Part shown: piece by piece, positions 37,323 to 49,100 of the stretch
Numbering within the stretch: position 1 is the stretch's first letter
Layout: each line of letters begins with the position of its first letter
Source of the DNA: Camelus ferus
Taxonomy: Eukaryota
Assembly (NCBI RefSeq): GCF_009834535.1
Contig: NC_045696.1
Location: 91,204,001 to 91,268,000 of the forward strand
Reading direction: 5' to 3'
DNA length: 64,000 bases
Made by a program: the position numbers and the translations under genes
The notes under the pieces: model-generated
The model's database searches: none
Told to the model about the DNA's origin: nothing
Seen by the model: only the letters and a program-made list of their open reading frames with translations

Positions 37323-38364
37323 GTGTAATAGCCTTTATTTCATAGTACAGTAAACAACTGAGGTCAGGGAGCATGTCTCTCTCAATCACCCTTGCGTCTC
37401 TAGTTCCCAGAGCAGTGCCCAACACTGGTCATTCCTCATTAAGTTCTGTCCAGTGACTGTTGGGATGTGTACTTTTTGTTTTCTTGAATACTAGGTTGAA
37501 TATCAACCTTTCCAAGGTCCAGATTGGTTACATATTTTGAAAATATTATTCTTGTCACACAACATTTGCATTTTTACACAATTCTGGCAAATTCAATTAT
37601 CACACGCAACTCTGGAAGATAAAGAGGTATCACCATTTTTGTAAATGAGAAAGCTGATGTCAGAGAGATTTTTTTACTTCTATGATCACATAGCTATTTA
37701 GCAGCAAAGAAAAAAATGAAAGTTTTGACTTTCTGGTGCCCAGTTCAGGGTTTTTTTCCATTCTGCCTGTGACCCCAATCCCAGAGAAGACAGAAAATAA
37801 CTATTCCTCTTCACCCAAAGCCTTCTCAGTATTGACTTTCATCTGCTCACCATGACCCCTCTTATGGGGAGATACAGTGAATCCATCATCTGTTTCTTTG
37901 GGATTAAGGGGGGCAGTTAGCTAAAATGTCTCCTCTGTTTTAAAAAGGGACCATTTGAAGAATAGAAAGGGAGAGAGAATCACCCAAATTTAGTTCCTGT
38001 CTGGTCTTTGTAGATTTCAGGAACAAATTCTGAGCTCCCACAGAGTGAATGAGGTTTTTTGTTCTCCACAAAGGTTGTGTTCAAGAGAACAGGCTTCAGT
38101 CTGCCTCACCAATCCAAATTCTCTTAAAATTTCAATAAAGGGTAACTCTTATTTTTGGTGGTTTATTTAAGTCAAAGCTGATGTTTAAGTGTCACATATT
38201 CCGACAGCTACAAATATTTATTGATTATCTCTATGCACAAGGCATTGTTCTGGTGGGAGTTGAGTTAATTTTAAGTGCTTCCTAATTGCCCTTTGGCTGG
38301 CTGAGGTTAAAGTAATTCTTAATCAAAACCTTTGCATTTGTCTTTACTGAGGAAAATGGTAGAG

Positions 38365-38539
38365 CAGTGCTTCACTACTGGGCAGTACATTGGAATCCCC
38401 TGGGGAGATTTTAAAACTAGTGGTGCCTGTGTCCCACCTCCTGCATTCTATTTAATTGGTCTGGGATGTCACCTGGACATTGGGATTTTTTAAATTTCCC
38501 CAAGTAGACAATATGTGCAAGCAAGATTAAAAACCACTA
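38365..38539. mobile_element. MER5A1-like hAT MITE
   Basis: CAGTGCTTC..CATTGGAATCCCCTGGGGAG..TTTAATTGGTCTGGG..ATTGGGATTTTTTAAA..AACCACTA. Confidence 0.8.
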
Positions 38540-41329
38540 TGTTCAGGAGTCTGGCCCCCAAATTGCTTCTTGTAGACTGGTGATCAGAATCATTAGTTCA
38601 AACAATGTTAAGTTCCCAAGATCCTCCTGACCCAATTCACCAGCTGGATTTGAGACAAGCCGGTGGGGTGGAAAGAGACCCCACAGAGTGTGACCAAGAG
38701 ATCTGGACTCCATATCTAACTCTGCTGCTCACTGAAAATGTGATCTACCTTGACTTAGGTATTCTGGATCTCAGCTTTCTAGTCTGAGAAATGAAAAAAT
38801 TAGACTAGATTAGTGTTTTCTAAACTTTTATCATCAAAGTCCACCTTTTAAGCCCCTTCTTTCCAAGTGGCTATAATGTTTTTAACATCTTCATCTACCA
38901 GATTCCGTTTATTAAGTGTTAATTCCCCCTCCCCGATGATATAAACTGAAGATATTCTCAGAAGTTGGAATAAGGGGGCTGGTGCTTAAATCCTACTATA
39001 CACCACTTTCTCCACATTTTGGCTGATTTTATATGTATAAAAAATAAGCAAAGACAGGAGAAGACATTTCCTGATGAGAAGGCAATTGCCTATTGTTAAG
39101 CTACCCATCCCTCAAGGTTCAACTCAGGCCCATCCCCTCCTTTATGAAGGCCTTCCCTAAGATACTGAGTCAAGTCCTAGCTCCATCACTTAATAGCGGT
39201 GTGGCCCTGAGTTAACCCTCTGAAATCCTCTAGTTCTTATTTTCCTAATAAGGAAAACAGGACATGTAGAGGATCAGCCATTCATTATACGTGACCGGAT
39301 CCAGATGATTAGACCAAGGGTAGATAGCCGATAAAAGAGGAGGCAAAACATGAGTTGGGTTAAACCAGATTTTTCTTTATAACTTGAACCAAGAGACACA
39401 GCCAGTAATCAAAGAGTGGTATACTCTAGATTTCAAAAATCATATAGAGTCAGGGCCAAAACTGGCTCAAAGTCAAAGTGTGAGCTGAAGTCATGGGGAA
39501 GCAGAAACCAGGAACCCTGCAGAGGAAATCAGTCATCAAGAGAATGGAGCAGAAATACAGGGGAAAACAAAGATGAGAGATGATGTAACCAGATGATTGC
39601 ACAAATATTTAACCATCTACCATGTGCTGAGAATATTAAAATGAATAAGAAAATACCTTATGCCTGGAGGAGTGTGTAGTCTGAGAAGCTATTATAGTCA
39701 TCAAATATTTTTCCTCAACCTTTGTTTAACCTCATTAGGCATTCTTTAAGTGGTTTGTGGAAATTTCTATGGGACCACAGAAGACCATGTGGATCTTTCT
39801 GGTTGGAGCACTGACAAAAGCTCCACAGAGGTGAGAAAAGCAGTGGAAATGTGTCTAGTGTACCATGCTTTCCAAATTGTGCTCCATGGAACACTAGTTT
39901 CATGAGATGTAATCATTGTTATATAGGTGAATGGATGGTTGGGAGGGTGGATGGGTGAATGGATGGACAAACAAATAGATCCATGGACAAATTAGTTTCA
40001 GAAATGCTGAGTTAACAAAGTTCACACTTTTTGTTGTTGTTGTTGCAGGCTTTAACAGGGCCTTTAATATTTGAATGTACACTCTGACTCTCCAAGAGAA
40101 ACTTACATAGCACTGCCCCAAATTACTGGTTTACAAAACTCTTTTTTTTACTTCGAGCATTTTATAGGGACCAGTGTTTTGCAAATACAGATAGAAAAAA
40201 GGGATTTTGCCCACTCCTGGTTGATTGTTTCTTACTTCTATTATCTGGAATAGTTAGAATATAATTACCATTATGCAGACATGACAATATTTTAATATCA
40301 AAACTACATAGGGAAGACTTGTTTATGGATTCCTAAAGGATCTTCAAATTTTTTTCTGTTTTGTTTTGATAAGAAATTAACCCAATCTGAATTACATAAG
40401 ATGCTTTCCCCAAATTTTTGGATCATCTCCTTTGAGCCAGTTGCTGAAACTTTATCAGAATCACATTTCATGGACAGCATGTGGGAAGTGAGGTCCCCAA
40501 AATCTTGGAGGCTCAGGCCACGTCATTGTGGAGGAGAACTGCAATGGATCACACGCATCTCCCCACCCACCTGGGGTAAGGTTGTCATTAGCATTCTAGG
40601 GTTATTCCTGAGATCACACAACTAGCTTTAGCTTCCTGCATTCTCGGGGATGTTGGTTCAGCTCAGGCGAGAGCAAGTTGTTGCCTCAGAGCCAGTAGAA
40701 ATAAAAGCCCTGACTGTCTTGTGTCTCAGCATGTTTGAATTCAACTACTTAATCTCAAACTTTCAGTTTTCCCCCACTGCTGTTTTCATTTTCCTTTTTG
40801 CTAATTTGGAGGTATAAAACAACCTCAAAAGCCTTCATTTTGAGGTCTCATTAAAATTCTAGGATCTCTTTTCATTTCCTTCTTCATTTCTGGACATTAA
40901 TTTCCATGGCTTATCATGATAAGAGGGTTAAGAAGAGCATGGAACGACTTCACACAGCTTTTCACTCCTGTGCATTGCTGAATCACATCAGCTCTGTGGG
41001 CGCATGACACCACTGGCCAGACTTTTGCCATGTTTTGTGTCTGCTATTAAAGAGAACACTAGAAACTAGAACTAGAACTCCTAGAAAAATCACTTGTTAT
41101 AATTACTGTTTTTTGGACATTGGACAGAAGGTTAACAAGGCAGCCTCTGGTAAGAGCCTCATTAGCTAATTGGTTCTGGTAAAACTTTGTAGTTTTGCTT
41201 TATAGTTTTCTGATTTTCCATCAGGTTGGCTATAGCTACCAGAAAAATTGTTTCTTTCCCATTGGAAAGTTGAAAAACACTACCCATTGACACTCAAACT
41301 GTTTTTTCTTCCTGTAAATTTGGAGTTAC

Positions 41330-41600
41330 TTCTCTTTCCAAGATTGCTAATTTATTCTTTTTCATAACAATCTGTTCTTGTTTCAGGACCTCCTCTTCTT
41401 GTTTAACAGATGCAATTCTTTCCTTTATCTCACTAAGGATATTAAATCTAATTATTTAAAAATCCTGTTCTGATTGCCCTATTAATTCTTTTCCCTTATA
41501 TGTAGGTTCTTTTATTTATTTGTTTGTTTTGCCTATTCCCTTTTTCAAGACATTGACTTTCCCAAATGTTAATGATTGTTGGTTGTATATACATTTTCTT
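41330..41600 (-). mobile_element. Ancient HAL1/L1M-like fragment
   Basis: TCTTGTTTAACAGATGCAATTCTTTCCTTTATCTCACTAAGGATATTAA. Confidence 0.45.
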
Positions 41601-41974
41601 TCCTCCATAGACTTCTCCACTAACCACCAGAATGGAAACTTTTAATTGTAGCTACCTAATCATGGTATTATTTCTTAAAAATTCTCATAGATTCTGGTTT
41701 ATTGATCATCCCCCACTGTGTTTGGGGTGTCCAGGGGCATATTTTATAGTGTGCTCGGTTTATCACCTTGTCCTAAAAGCAAGAGTTATTTTTGTACATG
41801 TTTCTACTTCTCCAGGAAATATTATGTAAAAACCTTTAGAAATATTTTTATTCAAGGCTTGCCTAGAGGTTGTCAAATGATGTAGTCACCTTGCAGGTTT
41901 GATTTTTGCTATGGCTTTCATCACATTTTCAAACAACAGCTATTTATTGAAGGCCTTCTGTGTGTTTGGGAATC

Positions 41975-42160
41975 ATTCTTGGCTACCAGCCCTGACTTCC
42001 CCACTAGCTAGGATCTATGGCCTTGAGCTCATTAAGTCAAAGTTTCCTCTTCAGTGCAACTGAGATAGTAATTCCCACCTTATACAGGCAATATAAGGAT
42101 ATGAGTTATGTATGCAGAACAACTAACAGAGTACCTGCCACACAGTAAATGCTCAGACAA
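41975..42160 (+). mobile_element. MIR SINE fragment
   Basis: CCACTAGCTAG..GGCCTTGAGC..AGTTTCCTCTTC..GAGATAGTAAT..CACAGTAAATGCTCA. Confidence 0.65.
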
Positions 42161-42184
42161 AAGACAGAAAAGAGAAGAAAAAAA

Positions 42185-43935
42185 TCTTTGTATGTTTTTA
42201 CCCGTATGTTTACCAATTCCCATGCTCAATGCTCTTCATTCCTTTTTATGCACCTAGATTTTCATCTAATAAGATTTTCCACTGGAATTTGACACAACAT
42301 TGTAAAATGATTATAAATCAAAAAAAAAAAAAAAAAGATTTTCATTCTGCCTCACGGACTTCCTTTAACATTTCTTATACAGCAGGTCTGTTTGTAATGA
42401 GTTCTTTCAGCTTTTGTATGCCTGAAAAGTCTTTATTTCACCTTCACTCATGAAAGATATTGCTGGGTATAAGGTTCTAGAATGATCATTCTTTTCTTTG
42501 CCGCTAGTAGATGTTAATCCACTGTCTTCTGGCTTGCATTTTATCTAATAAGAAGTTTGCTGTCATTCTTATCTTTGTTCCTTTGTACATAAGTCTTTTT
42601 TCCTCTGGCTGGTTTTAAGATTCTCTCTTTATCACTATTTTAAAATACTTTGATTATTCGAAAGCTTTGAGTAGCTGTCTTGGGTTTCAAGGTCAATTGA
42701 ATGAGCTTCTTAGATCTGCGGGTTTATAGGTTAAAATTTGAAAAATTTTAGCCATTATTTCTTCAAGTATTTTTTTTATTCCAACCCCTCCTTCAAGGAC
42801 TCCGATTACATAGATATCAGGCTCCTCAATGTTGTCCCACTGTCCACCAAGTCTCTTTTCATTTTATTTCAGTCTTTTGTCTCCCTGTGTTTCATTTGGG
42901 TTAATTCCTCTTGCTAGTCCTGAAGTTCACTAATCCTTACTTTGGCAATGTCTAGTCTGCTGTTAATTCCATCCAGTGGATTTTTCCTATCAGACATTAC
43001 AGTTTTCATGTCCAGAAGTTCAAATTGCATCATTTTATATCTTCCTCTACTTAATATGTTTATGCTTTCCTCTAGCTTTTTCAATATGTGGACTGAGTTA
43101 TAATAATTTTTCTTAAATCCTTGTCTGCTGAGTCTATCATCAGTGTCAGTTCTGAATCTTTTCTACTGATTGGTTTTTGGCCTTATTATGAGTTCTATTT
43201 TCCTCCTCTTTGCATGCCTGGTGATTTTTAGTTGAATACCAGACCATGTGAATTTTACCTTGTAGGGTACTAACTATTTTAATATTTCTCTAAACATTCT
43301 TGAGCTTTTTTTTCCCCTTGAGATGCAAGGAAGTTACTTGGAAACAATATGATCCTTTCAAGACTTGCCTTTAAGATTTCTTAGGCAGACTAGAACAGCT
43401 TTTAGCCTAGATTTTAATCTAGTCTACTGAGACAATACACTTCTGAGTACTGTATCCAATGCTCCACTTATCATAGTATCTCTCCACTCTGGCCAGTGAG
43501 AACATGGTCTGTTTCTTTCCAGTAGTTCTGTGCCCTGCCCTTGGGTGGCTTCCTCACTTGCATGCACTGATCAGTACTCAGCTGGAGACTCTAGGGGAAA
43601 TATCTCCAGAGCTTTCTTTCTGTGTAGCTCTCTATAATTGGTTACTCTGCCCTGAAAATGTTAGTTGCTTTGGCCTTCCTTACTTCTCAGCTTTGTCTTC
43701 TCAACTCAGAGAGACTTCCAGGTTCTGTTTTGGTTCTCCCTCCCTGCACTGTGACATTGAAACTCTCCAGGCAGTAAGCTGGGACAATTATAGGGTTTAT
43801 CTGGTTTGTTTTCCTTCTCTCAGGGATTATTGAACTTTGCAGCCTATTGTCCATTCTCTGAAAATTATTGTTTCATACATTCTGTTTTTGTTATTTGTTG
43901 TTTAAGGCAATTGGCAAATCCAATCCCTATTATTC
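42185..43935 (-). mobile_element. Old L1M (L1MD/L1ME-type) 5'/ORF1 region remnant
   Basis: T-rich antisense ORF1-like tracts: CTTCCTTTAACATTTCTT..TCTTTATTTCACCTTCA..CCACTGTCTTCTGGCTTGCAT..TTTAGCCATTATTTCTTCAA. Confidence 0.8.
42280..42334 (+). mobile_element. Very short L1 3' tail (~55 bp including poly-A) with perfect 9-bp TSD
   Basis: CACTGGAATTTGACACAACATTGTAAAATGATTATAAATC plus poly-A. TSD AAGATTTTC at 42271-42279 and 42335-42343. Confidence 0.9.
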
Positions 43936-44007
43936 CATCTTGGCAATCAGTGTAAATGGTCAGTAAACCATGATTATTTTTTGTTTTCAATTTTCTGTGT
44001 GTGCTTT

Positions 44008-46060
44008 AGCTTTTTTCCAGCTTTACTGAAGTATATTTGACAAGTAAAACTTGTGTATCTTTTTTTATTAAAGTATAGTCAGTTTACAGTGTGTTAGTTT
44101 CTGGTGTACAATATAATATTTCAGTCATACATATACATACGTATATTCCTTTTCATATTCTTTTTCACTATAAGTTACTATAAGCTATTGAATATAGTTC
44201 CCTGTGCTATACAGTAGAAACTTACTGTTCATCTATTTTATATATAGTGGTTAATATTAGCAAATCTCAAACTCCCAATTTTCCCTTCCCACCCTCTTTC
44301 CCCCAGTAACCATAAGTTTGTTTACTATTTCTGTGAGTCTGTTTCTGTTTTATAGATAAGTTCATTAGTGTCTTCTTTTTTCTTTTTTTATATTCCACAT
44401 ATGAGTGATATCATATGGCATTTTTCTTTCTCTTTCTGGCTTACTTCACTTAGAACGATGATCTCCAGGTCCTTCCATGTTGCTGCAAATGGCATTATTT
44501 TATTATTTTTTATGACTGAGTAGTATTACATTGTGTAACTGTATCACAGCTTCTTTATCCAGTCATTTGTTGATGAACATTTAGGTGGTTTCCATGTCTT
44601 GGCTATTCTAAATAGTGCTGTTATGAACATTGGGGTGCATGTATCTTTTCAAATTAGAGTTCCCTCCAGATATATGCACAGGAATGGGATTGCTGGATCA
44701 TATGGTAAGTCTATTTTCAGTTTTTTGAGGAATCTTCATACTGTTTTCCATAATGGCTGCACCAAACTACATTCCCACCAGCAGTGTAGGAGGGTTTCCT
44801 TTTCTCCACATTCTCCCCAGCATTTGTCATTTGTGAACTTTTGAATGATAGCCATCCTGACTGGTGTGAGGTGATACCTCATTGTAGTTTTAATTTGCAT
44901 TTATCTGATAATTAGTGATACTGAGTAATTTTTCATGTGCTTGTAGGCCATTTGTATGTCTTCATTGGAGAATTGCTTGTTTAGGTCTTCTACCCATTTT
45001 TGGATTGTTTTGTGGGGTTTTTTGTTGTTGTTGTTTTTAAGTTGTATGAACTGTTTATATATTCTGGAAATTAAGCCTTTGTCAGTCACATCATTTGTAA
45101 ATATTTTTTTTTGTTGTCTCCCATTCTGTAGGTTGTCATTTTGTTTTGTTTATGGTTTCCTTTGCTATGCAAAAGCTTACAAGTTTAGTTAGATCCCATT
45201 TGCTTATTTTTGCTTTTATTTCTGTTGTCTGGGTAGACTGCCCTAGGAGAACATTGCTAAGATATATTGTCAGAAAATGTATTGCCTATGTTTTCTTCTA
45301 GAAGGTTTATAGTGTCTTGTCTTATATTTAAGTCATTAAGCCAAAAAATGGTATATCTTTAAGGTGTACAGTGTGATGTTTTGATGTATGTATACATTAT
45401 GAAATGATTACCACAATCAAGCTAATTAATGTATCCATCATGTCACATAGTTACCTTTGTATGTATGTGTGTGGTGAGAACACTTGAGCTCTACTCTCCT
45501 TGCAAACTTGAAATGTACACTATCTTGTTAACTATAGTCACCATGCTGTACATTAGGTCTTCAGATATTATTCATCTTATATCTTAAAGCACCCTTTGAC
45601 CAACATCTCCCCATTTCTTCTACCCACCACCCCTAGCCCCTGGAAACCACCATTCTACTCTCTGTTTATCTGCAGTTGACTTTTTTAGACTCTACATATG
45701 AGATTATGCAGTATTTGTCTTTCTGTCTCTGGCTTATTTCACTTGGTATAATGTTCTCCAGAATCACCCATGTTGTCACAAATGGCAGGATTTTCTTCCT
45801 TTTTCAGACTGAACAATATTCCAAATGAAAAGCTTACATTTTCTTTATCCATTCTCCTGTGAATGAACACTTAGGTTGTTTCCGCATCTTGGCTACTGTG
45901 AATAATGCTGAAATGAACATGGGAGGACAGATATCTCTTTAAGAGAGCAATTTTATTTCCTTGGATGTATATCTAGGAGTGGAATTGCTGGATCATAATG
46001 GTAGTTCTTTTCTTTTTTTAGGAAGCTCCATACAGTTTTCCATAATGGCTGTACCAAACC
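44008..46060 (-). mobile_element. L1MA9-like 3' end, split by a younger L1
   Basis: CCAGCTTTACTGAAGTATATTTGACAA | TAAGGTGTACAGTGTGATG..GAAATGATTACCACAATCAAGCTAATTAA..CACATAGTTACC. Confidence 0.85.
44063..45343 (-). mobile_element. 5'-truncated cetartiodactyl-type L1 (3'UTR and ORF2 C-terminus) with 17-bp TSD
   Basis: ORF2 remnant [41 protein letters not shown] (44046-44062) / AAAAATGGTATATCTTT (45344-45360), 14/17 identical. Confidence 0.92.
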
Positions 46061-46417
46061 ATAGTTGTTCTTATTTTTAACTTTTACTGTGTACCCAACA
46101 TTATATTAGGCCCTATGTATTTTAAAAATTATATGATAAAACTGGAAACTCCCATATCTGTGTATATATTCTTTTGTCTTTATCCATCTGCACATATCTA
46201 CATTTTAATATTCTGCTTCCTTTTTAAACCAATAATTGTATCCTAGACAACATATTTTCTTGCATTTCCTTCTAGTATTTGACACAATTATTTTTAATAT
46301 TTGCATATTCTTCCATTGAGTGGATGTACCTAATTTACTTACTCATGCATTTATTTTTGAGTAATTAAGTTGTTTGCAATTTTCTCTGCTAAGATAAAAC
46401 CAAAATGTAGTATCATT

Positions 46418-46418
46418 T

Positions 46419-46452
<34 letters not shown>
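46418..46452. repeat. (TG)n microsatellite
   Basis: Read directly from the sequence. Confidence 0.97.
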
Positions 46453-46457
<5 letters not shown>

Positions 46458-46949
46458 TCACCCAATTAGGTTCCTTTGCAATTTGTGACAGGGAGGAAGG
46501 CCTTAGCAATGTAATAAAGTCAGAGCTCCACTTAATTTCTCTACAGTTTTCTTCTTTTATTTTTTCCTTCCTTACTCTCATTCTCTGTTTTTCATTCTCC
46601 TTTCTCTGTCTCCCTCCTTCCCTTCCTTTATGCCTCCTGATAAGCATTTATTGAACATCTTCTATGTTCCAGGCACTGTGCTGATGCATCAGTTGTAATT
46701 CTGAACAAAAGGCAGGATTCCTGCCCCAGAGGAACTTGTGACCAGGGCGGGGCAGACAGAAAATCCTATAAGTAATAACAATAGATAATAAGTACTCTGA
46801 CAGGGGAAGTACATTTGAAGAATTCTGACAGCATCAACCCACTCAAGCTTCACACAGCTCTCACCCGAGAGTAAGAGACAGGAGGAAGGAACAAGTACCC
46901 TGGCCAGCCTCCCTTTTGCCCATAACGTGGTGTAGAAACATGCAGGGAG

Positions 46950-47150
46950 TTTATTATCTGACAGGCCCAGTTCAAGACCAGGCTCTGCTACCTACTAGCT
47001 ATGTAGCATGGGCAAGTATTTTAACTTTTCTCAGTCTGACTTTTAACCTTGAAATAAGAGTCAATATATCTTAAGGGTACTGTGGGAATTAAAGATAATG
47101 TAATGTAAAGTGCAGGGGTCATAGTAGGTGCTTAGAAAAGTACCTATTAT
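46950..47150 (+). mobile_element. MIR SINE
   Basis: GTTCAAGACCAGGCTCTGCTACCTACTAGCTATGTAGCATGGGCAAGT. Confidence 0.8.
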
Positions 47151-48136
47151 TCCTTGCTGTTTGATCTTAGGCAAGACAACCTCCTGGCCTTCAGTTTACT
47201 TGTCTATAATATGATTATTTGTAAGATCCCTTTCAGAAGTTCTGCAAAGGCCATGAATTTGCACAAATTCCTAGCTTTGGTCTACCTGTTCCAGTCTCCA
47301 GGACACACTGAGAAGATACCTCAGAACTTCTCTTGAGCCCAGTAGTTCTCCTTTGTTGTTTATGCTCCGGCCCTGAGCTGAGGCTGTTCTAAAATAAAGT
47401 GGGATTCTTCCTTATCTGGAAATCTGGCAGTCATAAGGAAATCACCCAGTGGCCAACTCTTCCCCAACAACTGCCTGGAAAGCCTGGCATCAGCCTTGGA
47501 GAGCATGTCAGGCTCTGGTTCAGAGTGAATAAACCAAAGATTTATGTCAAAGGGAAAAGTTAACACATCAAATAAATAAACAAAAAAACTCAGACATCAA
47601 ACATTTCCACAATAGAAGATTTAAAGGACATATCAGGTCATCTCCAATAAGAATAGAAAATAACTTAGAATTTTTATTTTCTAGATTCTAATAGTAGCTA
47701 CCTTAAAAATTTCATAAAATGAGAACTTCCATGCCCTTTTAAGCAAAAGGTTCATCTCCTGTTAGATACTCTGGTGACCAAGAAAGCAGAGAGACAATTA
47801 AGAACAGTTTCAAATTATGTCGACGCAACCTTTGACTTCGAGCCCTTCCTTTCTGGCTGCTAAACATTAAGGAAAGTTCTTCTCCAGAATTTCTTTCTTG
47901 TAGGTATATTTTTTTCTATTTCCTAAGTCCCATGCTCTATGTTTTGTAAATTCCATGTGCTTTGCCTATATTACTGAGAACACAGATACTGGGAGAACTT
48001 AATGAATCATTAAGTCCAACCTCTTTACTTAAAAGATGAGGAAGGTGAAGCCCAGAATTAACAACAACAACAGTAATATTCAGTGCATGTTGATAAAGAG
48101 AAAGGTGAAAGAGAAAGAGAAAAGATGACTATTACT

Positions 48137-48270
48137 GGTGGGGTAGAGTATAGCTCAAGTGGTAGAGCACATGCTTAGCACACAAAAGGTCCTGGGCTCA
48201 GTTCCCAGTACCTCCTCTGAAGATAAATAAATAAACCTAATTACCCCCCAAAATAAATAAATTTTTTAAG
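48137..48270 (+). mobile_element. tRNA-derived SINE, camelid Vic-1-like, with 15-bp TSD
   Basis: A box TAGCTCAAGTGG, degenerate B box GGGCTCAGTTCCC, (AATA)n tail. TSD AAGATGACTATTACT (48122-48136) / AAGAAGACTGTTACT (48271-48285). Confidence 0.88.
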
Positions 48271-48619
48271 AAGAAGACTGTTACTCTCTCTTTAGGCTTT
48301 AACCATGTTTGGGAACCATTAGTCAGACTCAGTGGGTTCAATCTGTAAGCTTTTGGATTTGTGCTATCTTAAGCAAAAGAGGTGTGTTTTGTTTGTTTGT
48401 TTCTTTGTTTGTTCTTTGATATTTTAGGCCAGTCTCAAGTTTCAGGCCCCTACAACACATATTTCTAATTTCTCTTTAATCCTTAGAGCTGGAACTCAAA
48501 GTCTTTAATATTGCCCACTAGCTGGCTATACTAACAGCTTTTAAAAAGGTGAGTTTACAAACTCTTTAAAAAACTTGTCTTAGATAACATGGCAAAAAAG
48601 GAGACAAACTGATATCATG

Positions 48620-49100
48620 TGTTCCCTAATATCATGCCCTCAGATGGAAATAATTCTGCTTATGTAGAATTCCTTCCCCAAATGCATAACCTGAATCCAA
48701 TCATGAAGAAATATCAGACAAGGCCAAATTGAGAGATAATATACAAAACAACCTACCTGTAGTCTTCAAAAATGCCAGTGTCATAAAAGATGAAATATTA
48801 AAAGGCTGAGGAATTCTCCCAGATTAGAGGAGACTAAAGAGACATGATAACTAAATGTAATGTGTGATTCATGATTAGATCTTGGGCTGGTAAACACTAT
48901 AAAGGACATTATTGGGACAGTTGATAAAATTTGAATATGGGCTAAGTTTGCATACTAGTATTGTAACAATGTTAAATGTCTTGAATTTAATAATCTATGA
49001 TTATGTAAAAGAATATTCTTCTGTAACACACATTGAAGTATTTAAGGATAAGGGGGCTTGGTGTATACAGCCTACTTAAATAGTTAAGAAAAGCAATTCT
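48620..49100 (+). mobile_element. Old L1MC/L1ME-type 3'UTR fragment
   Basis: CATAACCTGAATCCAATCATGA..CAAATTGAG..AGACTAAAGAGACATGATAACTAAATG..ATAAAGGACATTATTGGGACA. Confidence 0.8.

Noticed and set aside
48140..48215. Possible tRNA-Ala gene
   Set aside because: The degenerate B box and stems, AT-rich tail and TSD show it is a SINE.
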